Shown piece by piece: positions 26,251-39,389 of a stretch of DNA of 64,000 bases. Numbering within the stretch: position 1 is the first letter of the stretch; each line of letters begins with the position of its first letter. Position numbers and translations under genes: made by a program. The DNA lies in contig MU059903.1 of assembly GCA_013265495.1 (NCBI GenBank), positions 248,001 through 312,000 of the forward strand, given 5' to 3'. The notes under the pieces are model-generated. The model was not told where the DNA came from and made no database searches. It saw only the letters and a list, made by a program, of their open reading frames with translations. Origin of the DNA: Vicugna vicugna. Its lineage: Eukaryota.

Positions 26251-29200
26251 GGCTCAGAAAGCCACCAAGTCACTGAAGATGCCGGTGACAACTCTCTCCT
26301 GGCCAGGGAGGACATCTATCAGGGCCAGATCACCCACGTCGTGTCAGTCTGTCTCACTGTTCACCAGGCACCCACTTGTGCCAGGCCTGCAAAGAAGCAC
26401 ATGCCATGGTCATGGGCCTCCAAGAGCATGCAAGCAGAGGTGGGTCCAATGGAGACCGTCCGCCATGCAGGCAGGGACCACTGCTGCATCAGGCCCATGG
26501 GGGACTGACATGGGTGAGACGGTCCTCCTAACACGGCCGGAGGAGGCTTGAGGGAGGGTCAGGCTGTGACCAGATCTGAAGTGCAGTGTGAGCAGGTGTA
26601 GGGGACAGTGAAGCGGGAGGGCACAGGGTGCGAGGGTGCCCCTTGTGGAACAAATACCCAAACCCCGCTTGGTGGAGCCAACTCATTTGTCTGCAGCAAA
26701 GGGTCCTCAGGAAGCCGGAGAGACAGGAGTGCGCAGAAGGCGGCTGCAGGGCGCAGAAGGCAAAGCCTGCATCTCCCAGGTGACCTTTCCTTTGAGGCCA
26801 AAGAAACTTAAGAGTACAAGGTATGTCAGAAGATGGTGCTGATGTGGAGTTAAGAGGTGACACATGGGGCCAGAGACCCCGGCCCCCAGGCAGCACCTGA
26901 CAACCCTCCCCCACATTCAGGCCCCTGGACCTTATCACCCCAGTCACTGACCTTGGTCCCTCCTTCTCCACCCCTGGCCTCTCCCTTGAAGGAGCCAAGC
27001 AGCCACTTCCTATGGGTCTGGGCTGTTAGTAACAACTTGAGCGTGCCCTGCTTATTCTTGAAAGCTCAAGCCCAGAGGTGGTGTCCCACCGCTGTCCTTT
27101 CTTGGACTGGTGTGCGGGGCAAGGGGGTCATGCCACCCTCCAGGGCCCCCAGGACCACCAAACCAAGAGTTTAGAAGAAGCCTGGAGCCCAGAGCGCTGC
27201 CAAATGCTGCTCGCAGGCCCAGTATTTCTGACAGGTGACAGCCCAAGAACCGACAGGAGAGGGGCTGCTCTGCAGGGCTGAGGGCCTGGGTTCCTCCGTC
27301 TTTGCTTGGCTGCGTCCTTTCTCTCCTCATCCCGGGAATAACTGGATGATGAGGGGTGTCATGTTCAAGTGTGTGGTCAACATGGTGAGTGGTGCTGGAG
27401 ATGCCTGCTCCACAGAAGAGGCGATGAGGCACCCTCACCTCCCCACGGGGTCTAGGCTCTGCCAAGTCCCTTGGCCAGGAAAGAGAGCTGTGTCCCAGCA
27501 GGAGTGATTGCACAGCTGTGCTGGCGCCAAGTCCGTCTGTGCCTCTCACGAGCCAGGCAGGCCGGGGTCCATGTCCAAGGAGCCCAGCGCGATCCCGAGG
27601 CTCCCCTGGGAAGTGCTCACCGGCCAGGATGGAGCGGGGAGAGGAAGGGAGCTGTGCAGGCGGGGCAGAGGCCAAGCTGCAGAGGAGACGGCCTCAGACC
27701 AACACAAGTAGGAGCTGGGCACCGGCTGACCCTGAAGAGCTTCGGGTAACACACGTTCCACCCTAAGGAAGGGAACAGCACCGCCCAGAAGCTAAGGCAG
27801 CAGCCCACCCCCTACCCGCCCAGGAGCTATGGGAAAGCGGCAGGGTTGGTGGAGCTGAGGGGAGGAGCAGGCAGCCTGACCCGAGCTCTCTTCCCAGCCC
27901 CAGAACTGGGCCATTATCACCTCAGGGGGTTATTTAGAGAATTAAATAGTGTATATGAAGTACTTAGCTCTGAGAAATTACTAATCGGGGTTAAATGGAA
28001 AAATGGGACTACTTATTCGTCAGGGTTCCCACTGACTGGCCAGAGAACCAATAGGGTGTAATGTGTCTGTGTGTACGTACGGGGAGAGGAATGGATTTAG
28101 CTAAGGAGCTGGCTCCTGTGATTACGAAGACTGGCAAGTCTGAAGCCTGTGGGCAGGCCAGGGGCTGGAGGCCTGGGGAAGAGCGGGACGCAGGAGTCCC
28201 TCTTCCAAGAGGCACTCAGTCTTTCTCTCTTAAAACCTTCCAGTGATGAGATGAGGCCGCACCCACATCCGGGAGAGTAACCTGCTTTACTCAAGAGTCT
28301 GCTGATGTAAATGCTCATCACAATCAGCAAGTACTTCCACAGTGTCTGTACTGGTGTTTGATCAAATTTCTGGGAACCGTAGCCTGGCCAAGCTGACACA
28401 CAGAATCAACCATCACAGACCACATCCGACAGCTCCTCCCTGCCTACCAGCCTCCCCTAGATCCGGAAACACTGACCCTGAACCTTGGAGCAACACAGAT
28501 TGACAGAACACATCCCATGTCGATCTGCTGTACGTTCCTTCCAGAGAGAACCTGCACCAGGGAAACATGTTCTGAACAGTCTGGAGGTAGTTCTGTATTT
28601 TCTTCCAGAAAATGCATATATATACCAAACCCGCATGTAATTTCAGGAATTCTGTGTCCTCTAAAGCATGTTTTCTAAGGGTGGCTGGATCTGAATTTAA
28701 TAACCTTACACCTAAACATACAGGAGCTGCCTCAGGTCCAAGGGAAGCGGTGAGGAGGAAAGGGCTTTCTGGGGAATGCCAGGGAAAGAGAGGTGGACAC
28801 TGCCTGGAGGGGCCTGGGAGGGAGACGGGGCTCCACGCTGGGAACCTGCTGTCTCCGTTCACCTCACCAGGGTCCGCCGGGCTGGCGTGCAAAAATGGGG
28901 GCTGGAAGGCAGGCTGCGGGTCCAGGTCATGACAGCCAAATGGCGCAGTCGGGAGGCCCGTGTCCTTCTGCCTCCTGTTCCAGGCAGCGGGCTGACGAGA
29001 TGGCCCGTGTCCTGGGGGCAGGCATGGTCCCACGCTGTACCCAAGGTACTCCCACCTGTGTGTCTAGCGGGCAGTCGACCTACTGCTTGTCCTGCACCGG
29101 CAGGAAACACTGCTAAGAAAACAGCAGCATTTAACATGAAAGCTGTTTTTATACACCATTAACAAAAATGTCTGAACACTGAACTCCTTTTCAAAGGGAA

Positions 29201-29884
29201 TCCGTATCGCCCTCCGTCACTCACTTCTCCCTGCACTGCTCGTCTCTGCAATGGAGACGCGCACTGTGGTCAGTTCCCCAGGGCTCTTTACTATTAGAAG
29301 CCGACTTCTGCACGGCCTCTCTCCGTGCTCTGGGGTCAATTTTACGGCTCCCAAAGTGAACTCCTGGGTCAGTGGCATTTCTTTGATGAACTCGTGTGAG
29401 CTGTGAGCTTCACGGGGCCAGGGCATCAGGGCAGAAAGGAGGCTCCAAATCAAAGCCGGTCTGAAGACTTGAGAGCAGCAGAGGGAGGCAGGCGGAGGGG
29501 AGCAGGGAAGGGGCAGGGAGGGGCTCCCTCCTCGGGACCGCGGGAAGAGGTCCACACTGACTGCGCGGATGCGTTTTCAGCGACACAAAGTTTTTTCAGC
29601 GTAATAAATTCATCCGACTCTCCAGCCAGAAAACGGCTGTCAGGCTGGGGACAACTACACCATGCAGGTCTGCCAAGAAGAGTGGTGGTTCTCAGGAACA
29701 CTTACTGAAACTCCACAGCCACGGGCCACTTGAGTAAAACTGGCCTCCTGCCTTGGCTGTCAGGGGACCCAGGCAGAGAGAGTTTCGTGGAGAGGCAGGA
29801 ATGTGGGGCACCTGCTGGGTGAGACCAAGGGTAGACCTCCCTGAACCCCGCCGACTACATGACACACACAGCCTCTTTCTAGCC

Positions 29885-30010
29885 ATCCTCCACTGCTCCT
29901 CACGACCACCTTGTGAAGGAGGTGGGACATGTCACCCCCATGTGAAAAACAAGGAAGCTGGGCTGGAAAAGACCTCCCTGAGCTCGTGGCTGCAATGTGG
30001 CAGCACAGGA
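29885..30010 (-). mobile_element. MIR SINE fragment
   Basis: cctcacgaccaccttgtgaaggaggtggg..cccatgtgaaaaacaaggaagctgggc resembles the reverse-complemented MIR core. Confidence 0.55.
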
Positions 30011-32344
30011 CAGACGCCCCCCTTGTGGCCATGCTATGCTTTCTTCTGACTTCAGAGGGGAGCGAGCTGGCGATCCTGATATAAAGCCTCTCCCAGCTGC
30101 CCCTAGAGCTGGCCCCAGGCCATCAGAGTCAGTCAATGTCACAGCCTTTTGGAGCGTCGACTCATTTCACCAACAAACGTAACACCAAGAGCTGTTTCAC
30201 AGCCGAAGAGCACATTCTGCTGCACCTGCTCCTGGACCCTCAGCAGTCAGAGCAATGCTCCCCAAAGAAGCGGGACAAGTTCCTACAGGTCAGAACCCCG
30301 GCGGTCAGCCACGCCGGAGCCCGGGGCGGTGGGGAGGCGCTGTGGAGACAGTCTCGGCTTCGCACGCAGGACGGGGGCAGGCTCCCCGCACCTTCGGGAT
30401 CACAGCGTCTTTGAACCTGCTTCCTGAGCACTGTTTCCAATCAGTTTAATTAGACCCCAGTGACACTTTCACCTACAGAACACAAGACGGCCTCGGAGTC
30501 GATGCACATGAAGATACTGTCTCGATTATGCCTGAAGTCAAAGGAGCACCGTATGTTTCCCGAAAAAAAGGAAATCTGTGTACCTCCTGCGGCATCACGA
30601 GCGGCCGCTGCAGCCAAGGGTCTGTCTGCCGGTCTGCTGAACGTCGTATTCACTTCCTGTGAAAGCACATCGCACAACGTGTGAACATAAGAGCGTGGAG
30701 GTCACGTGTTCTAAACTCCAAGCTCAGGTTGAAAGGGAGGCCAAACGTGTTGGGAACCTAGCGGCTGGACCCAACATGAGCACAGGTGCTGGGAGGGCCG
30801 GTGGAAAGGCTGTGGGTGGTGGTCCCACAGCTGCCTCTCAGTGAGCCAAACTGAGCCCCTGGCCGGGCTGGAGAGACAGGAGGGAGGGCAGCGCAGCCCG
30901 GGGGTGGGTGGAGGGGAGGCAGTGGAGGGCTGAGCCCCCTCCTCACTGAGGCCTCCTCCTGGATTCCTGACGACGCCAGGCTCCTCATTCTCCTTCACTC
31001 CAAATTCCTGCATGCATTTCCTCTTTAATCCTCCTACAAATCCTATTAACATTTTAATTAACCACTCCAGTTCCTCTGCAGAGAGGCTTCCCTGGCAGCT
31101 CAGAAGGTAAAGCAGCACCAAGTCACTTGATAATCCCTCCAAACGGGCCTTCCACCAAATGGCAACCAGGGCGGCCACGCCAGCTCAAGAGGAAAGAAGA
31201 GCCGGAACTGCACGCTGCAGCCAGGTGCTGGCAGGGGAGGCGGGGCTTCCAGGACCGTCCTTCTAAGAGACGGTGTAGAGCATCAGGCAGCAAAATCTGG
31301 GGGAAAATGCCAAAACCTCCGGACCTCGTGCCGAGGCGAAGCGACCCTGGCCCTCCGGCTTCCCTGGGTTTGCGGGGGGACATTATCAGCAGGGCAAGAG
31401 CGATTCTGTTTCTGCACCTGGGACACCCTCAGCCTCCAAAGGAACCAGCCTGGAACCCCCAGCCCTCCCCTCCCTCCGTACAGGGCCGGCGGGAGAGAGC
31501 CGAGAGCACAGGCCCCGGCCTGCTCTGTGTCTGACCCCTCTGTGTGCCTGTGTTACGGAAACGACAGGCCAGCCAAGAAACAAGCACCACTCGGAGGGTT
31601 GGAGTACTCAGATGTATTACGCCGGCGGGCTCAGAGGCGCTTCTGCGTCGAAGCTCTGAGCACCTCCAGGACGTGCGCATGAGGTTTAACTGGGTAAAGT
31701 ACAAGCTTGGGGTATTCGGCCAATAGGCATGGAACAGCTTTAGCAGCATCATTATCACAAAAGTGGAGGCAGGGAGGCAGCAAACCAACACTAATTAACT
31801 TAGATTTACAAGTTAGTCCAGCAAAACTCAGATCAGTATTCCGATATTTAAATTTGTGAGTTATCTTGTTAGCCCAGCCCAGCCCAGCTTTTCCTTCACA
31901 CCTGAACTGTCAGAGCCACGACGGAGCCTGAGCAGGAGCTGGAAAGCACTGAAGGTGGTTACAATAAAGACCGTAAACCGCCCAAAACATCGCATGATGT
32001 GTCCTGCAGGCAGTCACCTCAGGAATCAGGGATGGGTTTATTCTCTCCAGAGCAAGACAGAAAAGCTGGATAAAGTTTATTTTTTAAGTTTTAACAAATC
32101 TCTTAATAACAATAAACAGGAAGCAAAGATGAAAAAGCTGAGAATCACTGGTGAGTGCAGTAAGCACTTATGTCTTAGGTCAATAAGCACATTCAGTTAA
32201 GTTTGTGAAAGAAGTGAAAATGCGTAAAAGCAAAACAATCGTTAGATTTGCTGACCCCAGCGGAGGACTGTCAAACGTTATGCATCACTACGTGAACGAG
32301 CACACCACGTGTCCTAGAACCCTCCTCCGTAGACCACGTGCAGG

Positions 32345-32678
32345 AATGTCCCGCGGCTGCAGTAACAAAGGACCACAGGTCAGGCTCAGCAGTCGGGGAG
32401 GGAGGTGTGGGCAGGGCCGCTCCCTCTGCAGGTGCAGGGGGGGGTCTGCCCCAGCCTCTCCAGGGCGTCCGGTGGTTCCCGGCAGCACGACTCCAGTCTC
32501 CCCACAGCGTCTCCTGGGGTCTCTTCTGTGCCCAGACTTCCCTTTCACAAGGACACCAGTCACTGGATTAGGGCCTCCCTCCCCCAGTGTGACCTCAACT
32601 GATTACATAAGCAATGACCCTGTTTCCAGATAAAGTCAGGTGGAGCATGTCTTACTGGGGACACAATTCAGCCCACAT
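32345..32678 (-). mobile_element. MLT1 (MaLR) solo LTR, copy A
   Basis: Reverse complement starts gggctgaattgtgtcccc, contains ggccctaatccagtgactggtgtcctt and ends tgtggtcctttgttactgcagcc. Confidence 0.9.
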
Positions 32679-32819
32679 GGCAGCTCAGGAAAGGAGCTTC
32701 TCTTCCCACCAGGCAGGCAAAGCCCTGGCTCCTGGTGCCAGTCAAGGCTGACACCAGATTCCACTGGTCGGCACTGGACTGTTAACCACCACGTGCTCTG
32801 AGCTAAAAACTCAAGAGGA

Positions 32820-33864
32820 GGAACATCCTGCCGCTGAAGCAGTGAGGAGAAGGACTGTAACGAAAGCTCAGGTCCTCCTGGGCTCTCAGCCGCATCCGAG
32901 ATGTGACGAGTGTCTGAGCTCGCCAGCCACCCTTCACCCTAGAACACCAGTGTCCAAGACCAACCAAGACCAGTGTCTCTTTGGACCTGGGTATCCAACA
33001 GACGTCTTCTCAAAAACTCACACAGAAGAGACCCGGTGACTTCAGGGAAAACAATGAGGGTATCTGCTGCCAAGCAAATGTGTGAGCTTTCAAAGGAAAC
33101 ATCAAACGCTGCAGAATTGGTTTTGGCCTCGGTGAGCCTGCCACCCTGGCAGTACGAGGGACGCCTCTGACGACATGGGTGATGGCATTCTTAACGAATA
33201 TGATCTTTCAGTATTGGATGATGGAATCTGGGAGCATCTGGAAGACCTACACAACTGAGGGAAACATTTTTTTCAAATGACCAATGACTGCACGGTGCTA
33301 CAAAATCACGTTTGGGTAAAGCAGGCCCGCTCACAGAGCAGCGGGCTTGGCGCAGCAGAGCATGGAAGCCCGAGGGCGCGTGCCCGGGTGCCGCACCGCA
33401 GCTAGCCTTGCAGGTGTTCTGGCTTGTTGAGCTCTGGTGTCGCACCAAAGAAGAACATCTGAAAATCTCTGAAAAGGTTGTTAAAATACTTCTTTTTCCA
33501 ACTACATAGCTGTGTGTGGCTGGATTTTTTTTCATGTATTTCAACCAAAACAACATATTGAAACAGACTGGAGGCAGAACAAGCATGGAAACACAGCCGC
33601 CTTTACCACACCTGACATCAAAGAAATCTGTAAAAATGTAAAACAGTGCTACTCTTCTCACTAGTGTTTTTTGTTTGATAGAATGGGTTTATCATTATAA
33701 TTTTTAAATAAGTTAATAAATAAAAATTTCTGATGTTTCTGTTTTAACTTCTCATACGGTCAGTATCAGTGAATAGAACCCACAGAAACAAAGGCTTTTG
33801 GGGGTCCTCAGTGATTTTTAGGAGTGTAACGGGATTCTGGAACCAAAACATCTGAGAACAGCTA
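32820..33864 (+). mobile_element. Charlie1-type hAT DNA transposon, 3' part with terminal-repeat remnant
   Basis: Decayed transposase-region segments (cttgttgagctctggtgtcgcaccaaagaagaac, ctgaaaaggttgttaaaatact), ending ggggtcctcagtgatttttaggagtgtaac..tgagaacagcta. Confidence 0.85.
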
Positions 33865-34119
33865 ACATATCTATTTCACTCTCCAGACCAGACTCACTCT
33901 GAAAACGAACTGTATTGTAATCCAGCAAAATCTTTCAGAATAGCTCAACTTGCTTGACTTAATCTCTGATGAAACACTTGGCCCTGAATGCTAAAGAAAT
34001 GGTGTACGGCTGACCATCACAGTACACCCTGGACACCTTACAGGTGGAAGGCGCCAGTCAGCAGTCACTTGTGTGTCATGGAAGATGGATCCACATGGCC
34101 TTGCCATGGATCCCAGACC

Positions 34120-34240
34120 TGCCTCTTACTGGCCATGTGGTCTTAGCAAGTTACCACCCCTCTCTGAGTCTAGTGTCCCTAAAGTAGCATCAGCCCCCTC
34201 CCTCACAGGGAGACAACACCAGAGCCTGAACAGTGCTGCA
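34120..34240 (+). mobile_element. MIR SINE fragment
   Basis: ctcttactggccatgtggtcttagcaagttaccacccctctctgagtc matches the MIR core. Confidence 0.65.
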
Positions 34241-36492
34241 GGGCCCACGTAACCGAGCTGGAGAGGAGCAGGAGCAGGCTGAAGGATGGAGGGCGCTCCG
34301 CCACCCACTGTCTGCGCTTCTGCTAGCCTCCCCGGCTCCAAGGCTCTTTAGATGGATACCTCGTGCTGTCACTGCTGATTCCATGTACACACGAACCTCT
34401 TAGTGGGGACTGGCAATTTATGAATTTATAGTTGTAAGACTGGCTTAATTCTTGTTCACAATTGCTCTTTTCTTAGCTTTCAATCAGCAACAAACTAAAC
34501 TGGAGGGTTTTAATGAGATTTCTCTAGTGTGGCTACCACAATGTCTTCAAGAACTTTCTCTCATTCTCCCTGCATCCCAACCAAACATATCTAGGGGATG
34601 TGCAACTTCAGGAGGTGTCTTTCCAGAGAGCTGATGGTGCCCTACAATCACCGTCTAGAGGTCTGGAAGAAAGGGTCTCCCATCTTCCCAACCCCTGTCA
34701 CTCTTGGTTCACCATAAACACAGGGGCAAGGGCTGGGCAGAACACTAACATAAGCAAGGAAAGCTTTGCAGAATGCGCTGAATTTTACATCTACAGTTTT
34801 TGCTTTGACCAAAGGTGTCCCTGCATAAAGACACGGACAAGTTACAGAACAAGATACAGGACGAGGTGCAGAACATGGTAAGATGGAACCAGAGTTCCTG
34901 CATAACAAAGGCAACAAGATCACTTGTGAAACAACACAGCACAACACTAGGAAATGTAAACAACTTTCAGACGCTCGGAAACTTCATCAAACTACAACCT
35001 CTCATTTTTTGGTGAAAAGACATATAAATAGAAACATAATTCCTGGACTAATTATTTTTTCCAGGGAAGAAATTATCTGGTTTCAGGTTTCTGTCTTTCC
35101 AGTGACTCGCTGCGTAACATGTAACAGGACTATCCCATTTGACAGCCTTTTTACATATCAAAACATGCAGCATTTTAAAGTTAACTACCTTTGTGTCTTG
35201 TGATTAAGCCAAGAAATGGTGATTGAAAATTCAGCATCAGCGCTGGAAAGAGATGCGTTCAGGAGAGGTGTGCTTGTGTTCGCCTTACGTGCATTAAGCT
35301 GCCACACTGAGAGGGCACATGGGCTGCCTCTGCTGTTTTAATGCTTTCCTTTGAAAAGCCTGGTTTGATTGGCATGAACATTATTAGGTAAAACAGACAG
35401 AAGCTGCAATGCCAATATTTTCGTGACTATTTTGCAATCGGTGTTAATCAATGAGATGGAACTGTAATTGCCGCAATTTCCCATGGATCTCTCTTCCTGG
35501 CTCCAGAATCACAGATATAATAGCGCTGCTAAGAGTTCCTGACAATTTGCTATTCACAGTACGTTTAAAATGCTGTATTAAATATACTACATAAAATTGC
35601 ACCCCGACACTCCTTTTTTTCCCCTCAAACTCTTTCTGGGAATCCATCGAGTCCTAGGGTGTCAATGCATAAAGACTCAGTCTCTCCAGATTCTCCCACC
35701 AGGCTCCCCAGCTGAGTCTCTCCTTAAAAGCCACGTTGGAATTTTGGTCTCACAGCCTCATAACATTTCATGAATTCAACTTCCTTTTGGAAATTTTTCC
35801 ATCCCTTTGGTGACATGGACAATTTTCATTTCATTATAATGCCACAGAATTCAAGCACCTGCTTTGCTTTTCAAAATGTAAATCTACTGAAAAATCAGAG
35901 AAAAAGCAGGTGTTCTACCTTAATTGGCAGAATCGAATCTCCTACCCGAAAACAAGCATCCAAATCAAAACAGAGGCCCCACCGAAGCACTGGCCGATGT
36001 CGGAGGAGGAACTGGAGGCTCCCGCCCCGGCACTGAAGCTCACGGGCGGCGACCAGACAGGTGTCTCTCTACTAGATGGTTTTTAAACCCAAGTAACAGC
36101 TGGAAGCTGGATAAATCAAAAATGAAACTCGAATAACCCTTCCCCACCTTAAAAAAATTCAGTAAAAAATATATACAGCGGAAGACTTTCAAACTGTTCC
36201 TTTCTGTTCACTCCCATCTCAGTTGCTTAGTGAACAGCGGTGTTGTAACTACTAATTTTGGAATCAGACACTAAAATTCTATTCCATGGAGGAAAATACT
36301 TCCAGGAAAACTTAATTGTGCTTTTAAGTGTTTTTTTCTCCCTTTAAATTCACAGAAGAATCTGTTCAACTTTAAGAACATCTTCCCCATCCTAATACAC
36401 TGGCAATCTCCTCTTGCAAACGTTAGTGCTGTTCAGCCTGATTAGCTCCAGCACCTTCATCTCTCAGTGACGTGCTACTCTCAAGCTGCCAA

Positions 36493-36656
36493 NNNNNNNN
36501 NNNNNNNNNNNNNNNNNNNNNNNNNNNNNNNNNNNNNNNNNNNNNNNNNNNNNNNNNNNNNNNNNNNNNNNNNNNNNNNNNNNNNNNNNNNNNNNNNNNN
36601 NNNNNNNNNNNNNNNNNNNNNNNNNNNNNNNNNNNNNNNNNNNNNNNNNNNNNNNN
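36493..36656. other. Assembly gap (164 N)
   Basis: N-run. Confidence 1.
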
Positions 36657-37064
36657 ACAGGAAGGGCACGGCTAAATCAATTCCCAATCATCCGTTTTTA
36701 TCACATGGATGCTTCATCACCCATCAACCATTTTACGAGAACTTTACAATATAATGTCAGTAACTACTCTAATTTTATTTCTCCAGCTGCTGTTCCTGTT
36801 TGGGTAGAGCTGCCAGTGAATAAACTCGGGAAAGCACTGACAAGTCAGGAAGGGATGGAAGGCTATGTCTGATTCACTTTATACCTGACCAACTCAACAG
36901 TAAGTGCAACTTCTTCTGACATGAAAGCATTTGTGCTTCTTAGCTCTGTCAGAGGAGAATATTTTTACTCAAGAAAAGAGCCAGGAAATTCTGCAGCACT
37001 GCAGAAACAGCATGGTAGTGGGGCAGAGGTATCCTCTCAGATACTTAGAAATTTTTAGCCTTGA

Positions 37065-37150
37065 ATTGGTAAATATTTAACTTCTGGGTCTCAGTTTCAA
37101 CTGGAAAAAGGAGACGATAGTCATACTCCAGTTTATTGGAAAGATCAGAA
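37065..37150 (+). mobile_element. MIR SINE fragment
   Basis: ttggtaaatatttaacttctgggtctcagtttc..gtttattggaaagat resembles the MIR core. Confidence 0.55.
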
Positions 37151-39257
37151 AACCGACGATAAACGTGCGTGCCACAGGGGAACCCGGCATGTGGCAGCTG
37201 GTGCCACTGAGAAGCTGACTGCTCCGTTCAACGCAGCCACCCCCGGCCGCCCACCCAAAAACCAAGTGGAGAAGAATGTGTAGCTGTCTACGACTCTCCT
37301 CCCAAAAGGGGATTTTACAAGCATCCATTTAAGACCCAGGCAGCGATCTAGCCCAAAACCTGCAGACCCCCAAGTCCCACGACTGCATCTCGGGAGCCCG
37401 CCTCTGGAGAGTCCTGCCTGGAGCTCAGGGAGTCCCTCTGCCTGGCCTGAACCTTCCTTTTTCAGAGCCAGGAAAACGCTCCCAGGGCTGTACAGTCTCC
37501 TACCGCCACCTCTACCCGACCACAGCCCCACCCAAAGGAATCGAAAGTTGCGCCCGAACAAAAGGAAGTCACATGTCCCGCCTTGCGGGTTCCACCCCAA
37601 TGGACCCACGATTTCCAGTCCCACAGCATCCCACAGATGGCCCCACACGGGACGAGGAGTGTACCCTGGCGCCATCGACAGTACCGACGGTGGTTCTCAG
37701 CGGAGCTGGGAAAGCCCAGGGCGTTTGGAGACCAGTGGGCTGGTCTGACCTCCTGGTGGGGAGCCTGCTCTGGGCTTGGCGGTGGAGACCAGGGACACTG
37801 ATGGTCCAGACGTCCTCAGAGCCCCATCTAAGGAAGACACGCCCCACCCTTGTGACTTTCCAACAGTAAGTGGAAGTTTGCAGAAATTACTTTCCTCTGT
37901 AAGGATGCCAGAGTCACCCCATTCCAGCATGGCCTCATCTCAACTAACCACCTCTGCAAAGACCCAATTTCCAAGCAAAGTCACACAAACTCCTGAGGGA
38001 CGTGAATGGGGGAGGGCACTACTTAGCCCAGAGCAGGCAGGGACATCCCACAAGGAGAGGGAGAGTGCTGGTCCGAAAGGGCTGAGAACTGCTGGCCTGC
38101 AAGAAGCCCTTCCCAACCCTGGTGCAGTGCCCTCCCATCGGGCCCTCCTGGACCACGGCGGAGGCGGCTCCACCTGCGCTACAGCTGCTTCTCTCTCACA
38201 GTCCCGCCCACCCCTCTTTACTCCTACTGACCACATTTAAATACAAACATAAATAACAGGCCTACTTCACGGGTAGCTAGCGGGTTACAAGGTAAAACAC
38301 CTAGAGGAAGTGCTTAGCACCCCGGGCAGCTCAAGAACAAAGCCCGATTTGTGTCCACACAGGCTGCGCCTTCCCCTGGACACAGCGCTTAGTTTGGGGC
38401 CCAGACTCCTCACCCCTGAAGGAACAGCTGCTGGGACCAGCCCCGCCCCGGGCGTGGTCGTCCCAGGGCGGGCACTGACACTGCTCCTGGGCTGATGTGA
38501 GTGTGCAAGCCCTGCGGCTTACTGTCCACCCTCCCAGACCATCTGCGGGGGGACGAGGTGGGGGCGGACGTGGGGTGGGGCTCTGGGCTCTCACCCATCG
38601 AACAAGTCATTTTCAAGGACACACGTGCTGACTAAGTGCACCCTGGGTGCCACAGTCACGAGAGTCCTGGAAAACAAACATAAATAATTTGTTTTTATGC
38701 AAAAAAAATCACTTTTGGGAAAACAGCACAGGCTGAACATGTTTCGATCTGATAATCTGGAGCCACACTTGTTGAGAATGTCAGATTTCTTTTCTCGTTA
38801 TAAGTCCAGTCTGGGTCCTACTTTATGTTTGGAAGTCATTCTACAGAGAGCACTCCTACTCTAGGCAATCGCACGCCGATCCCTTCACCACCCTCCACGC
38901 CCTCACCACCAAAGAGAACTACTTAGACACACTCAGGCCAAGAAGGGCTCGCAGTGCCGCAACTCCGTTTGGGAACGACCATGGCTGCTTTCCATCAGCC
39001 CCCCAGAACAGTAAGGTCAACGTGCAGAAATGTCCTATGAATTCCACCCAGAATTCACTTCATTACATCAAGTGATACGACAATTCAATCCATGGATTAA
39101 AGTCTGCTGGCTGCTAGGGAGAATCATTTTTAGCTCATTCTGTGTATCTCTGTGTTTCCCAATCTGGCACCGTGAACCATAAATAATCCTATCATTTATT
39201 AATTACATTTCCTAACTAGTCAAGAAGAATCCTGCAGTGTGGAGCAGCGGATCATGA

Positions 39258-39389
39258 NNNNNNNNNNNNNNNNNNNNNNNNNNNNNNNNNNNNNNNNNNN
39301 NNNNNNNNNNNNNNNNNNNNNNNNNNNNNNNNNNNNNNNNNNNNNNNNNNNNNNNNNNNNNNNNNNNNNNNNNNNNNNNNNNNNNNNNN
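39258..39389. other. Assembly gap (132 N)
   Basis: N-run. Confidence 1.

Noticed and set aside
26697-26820. Exon candidate (tttgtctgcAG ... AAG|GTATGT) joined to the 24059-24086 micro-exon
   Set aside because: The acceptor tract is short and the joined frame gives only a 41-aa low-complexity peptide; no support beyond the donor.
27052-29033. Minus-strand ORFs of 207 aa and 206 aa
   Set aside because: Non-ATG starts, low-information composition, no family resemblance.
36467-36754. ORFs containing X-runs (also near 39.2-39.5 kb and 63.7-64.0 kb)
   Set aside because: Artefacts of reading through assembly gaps.
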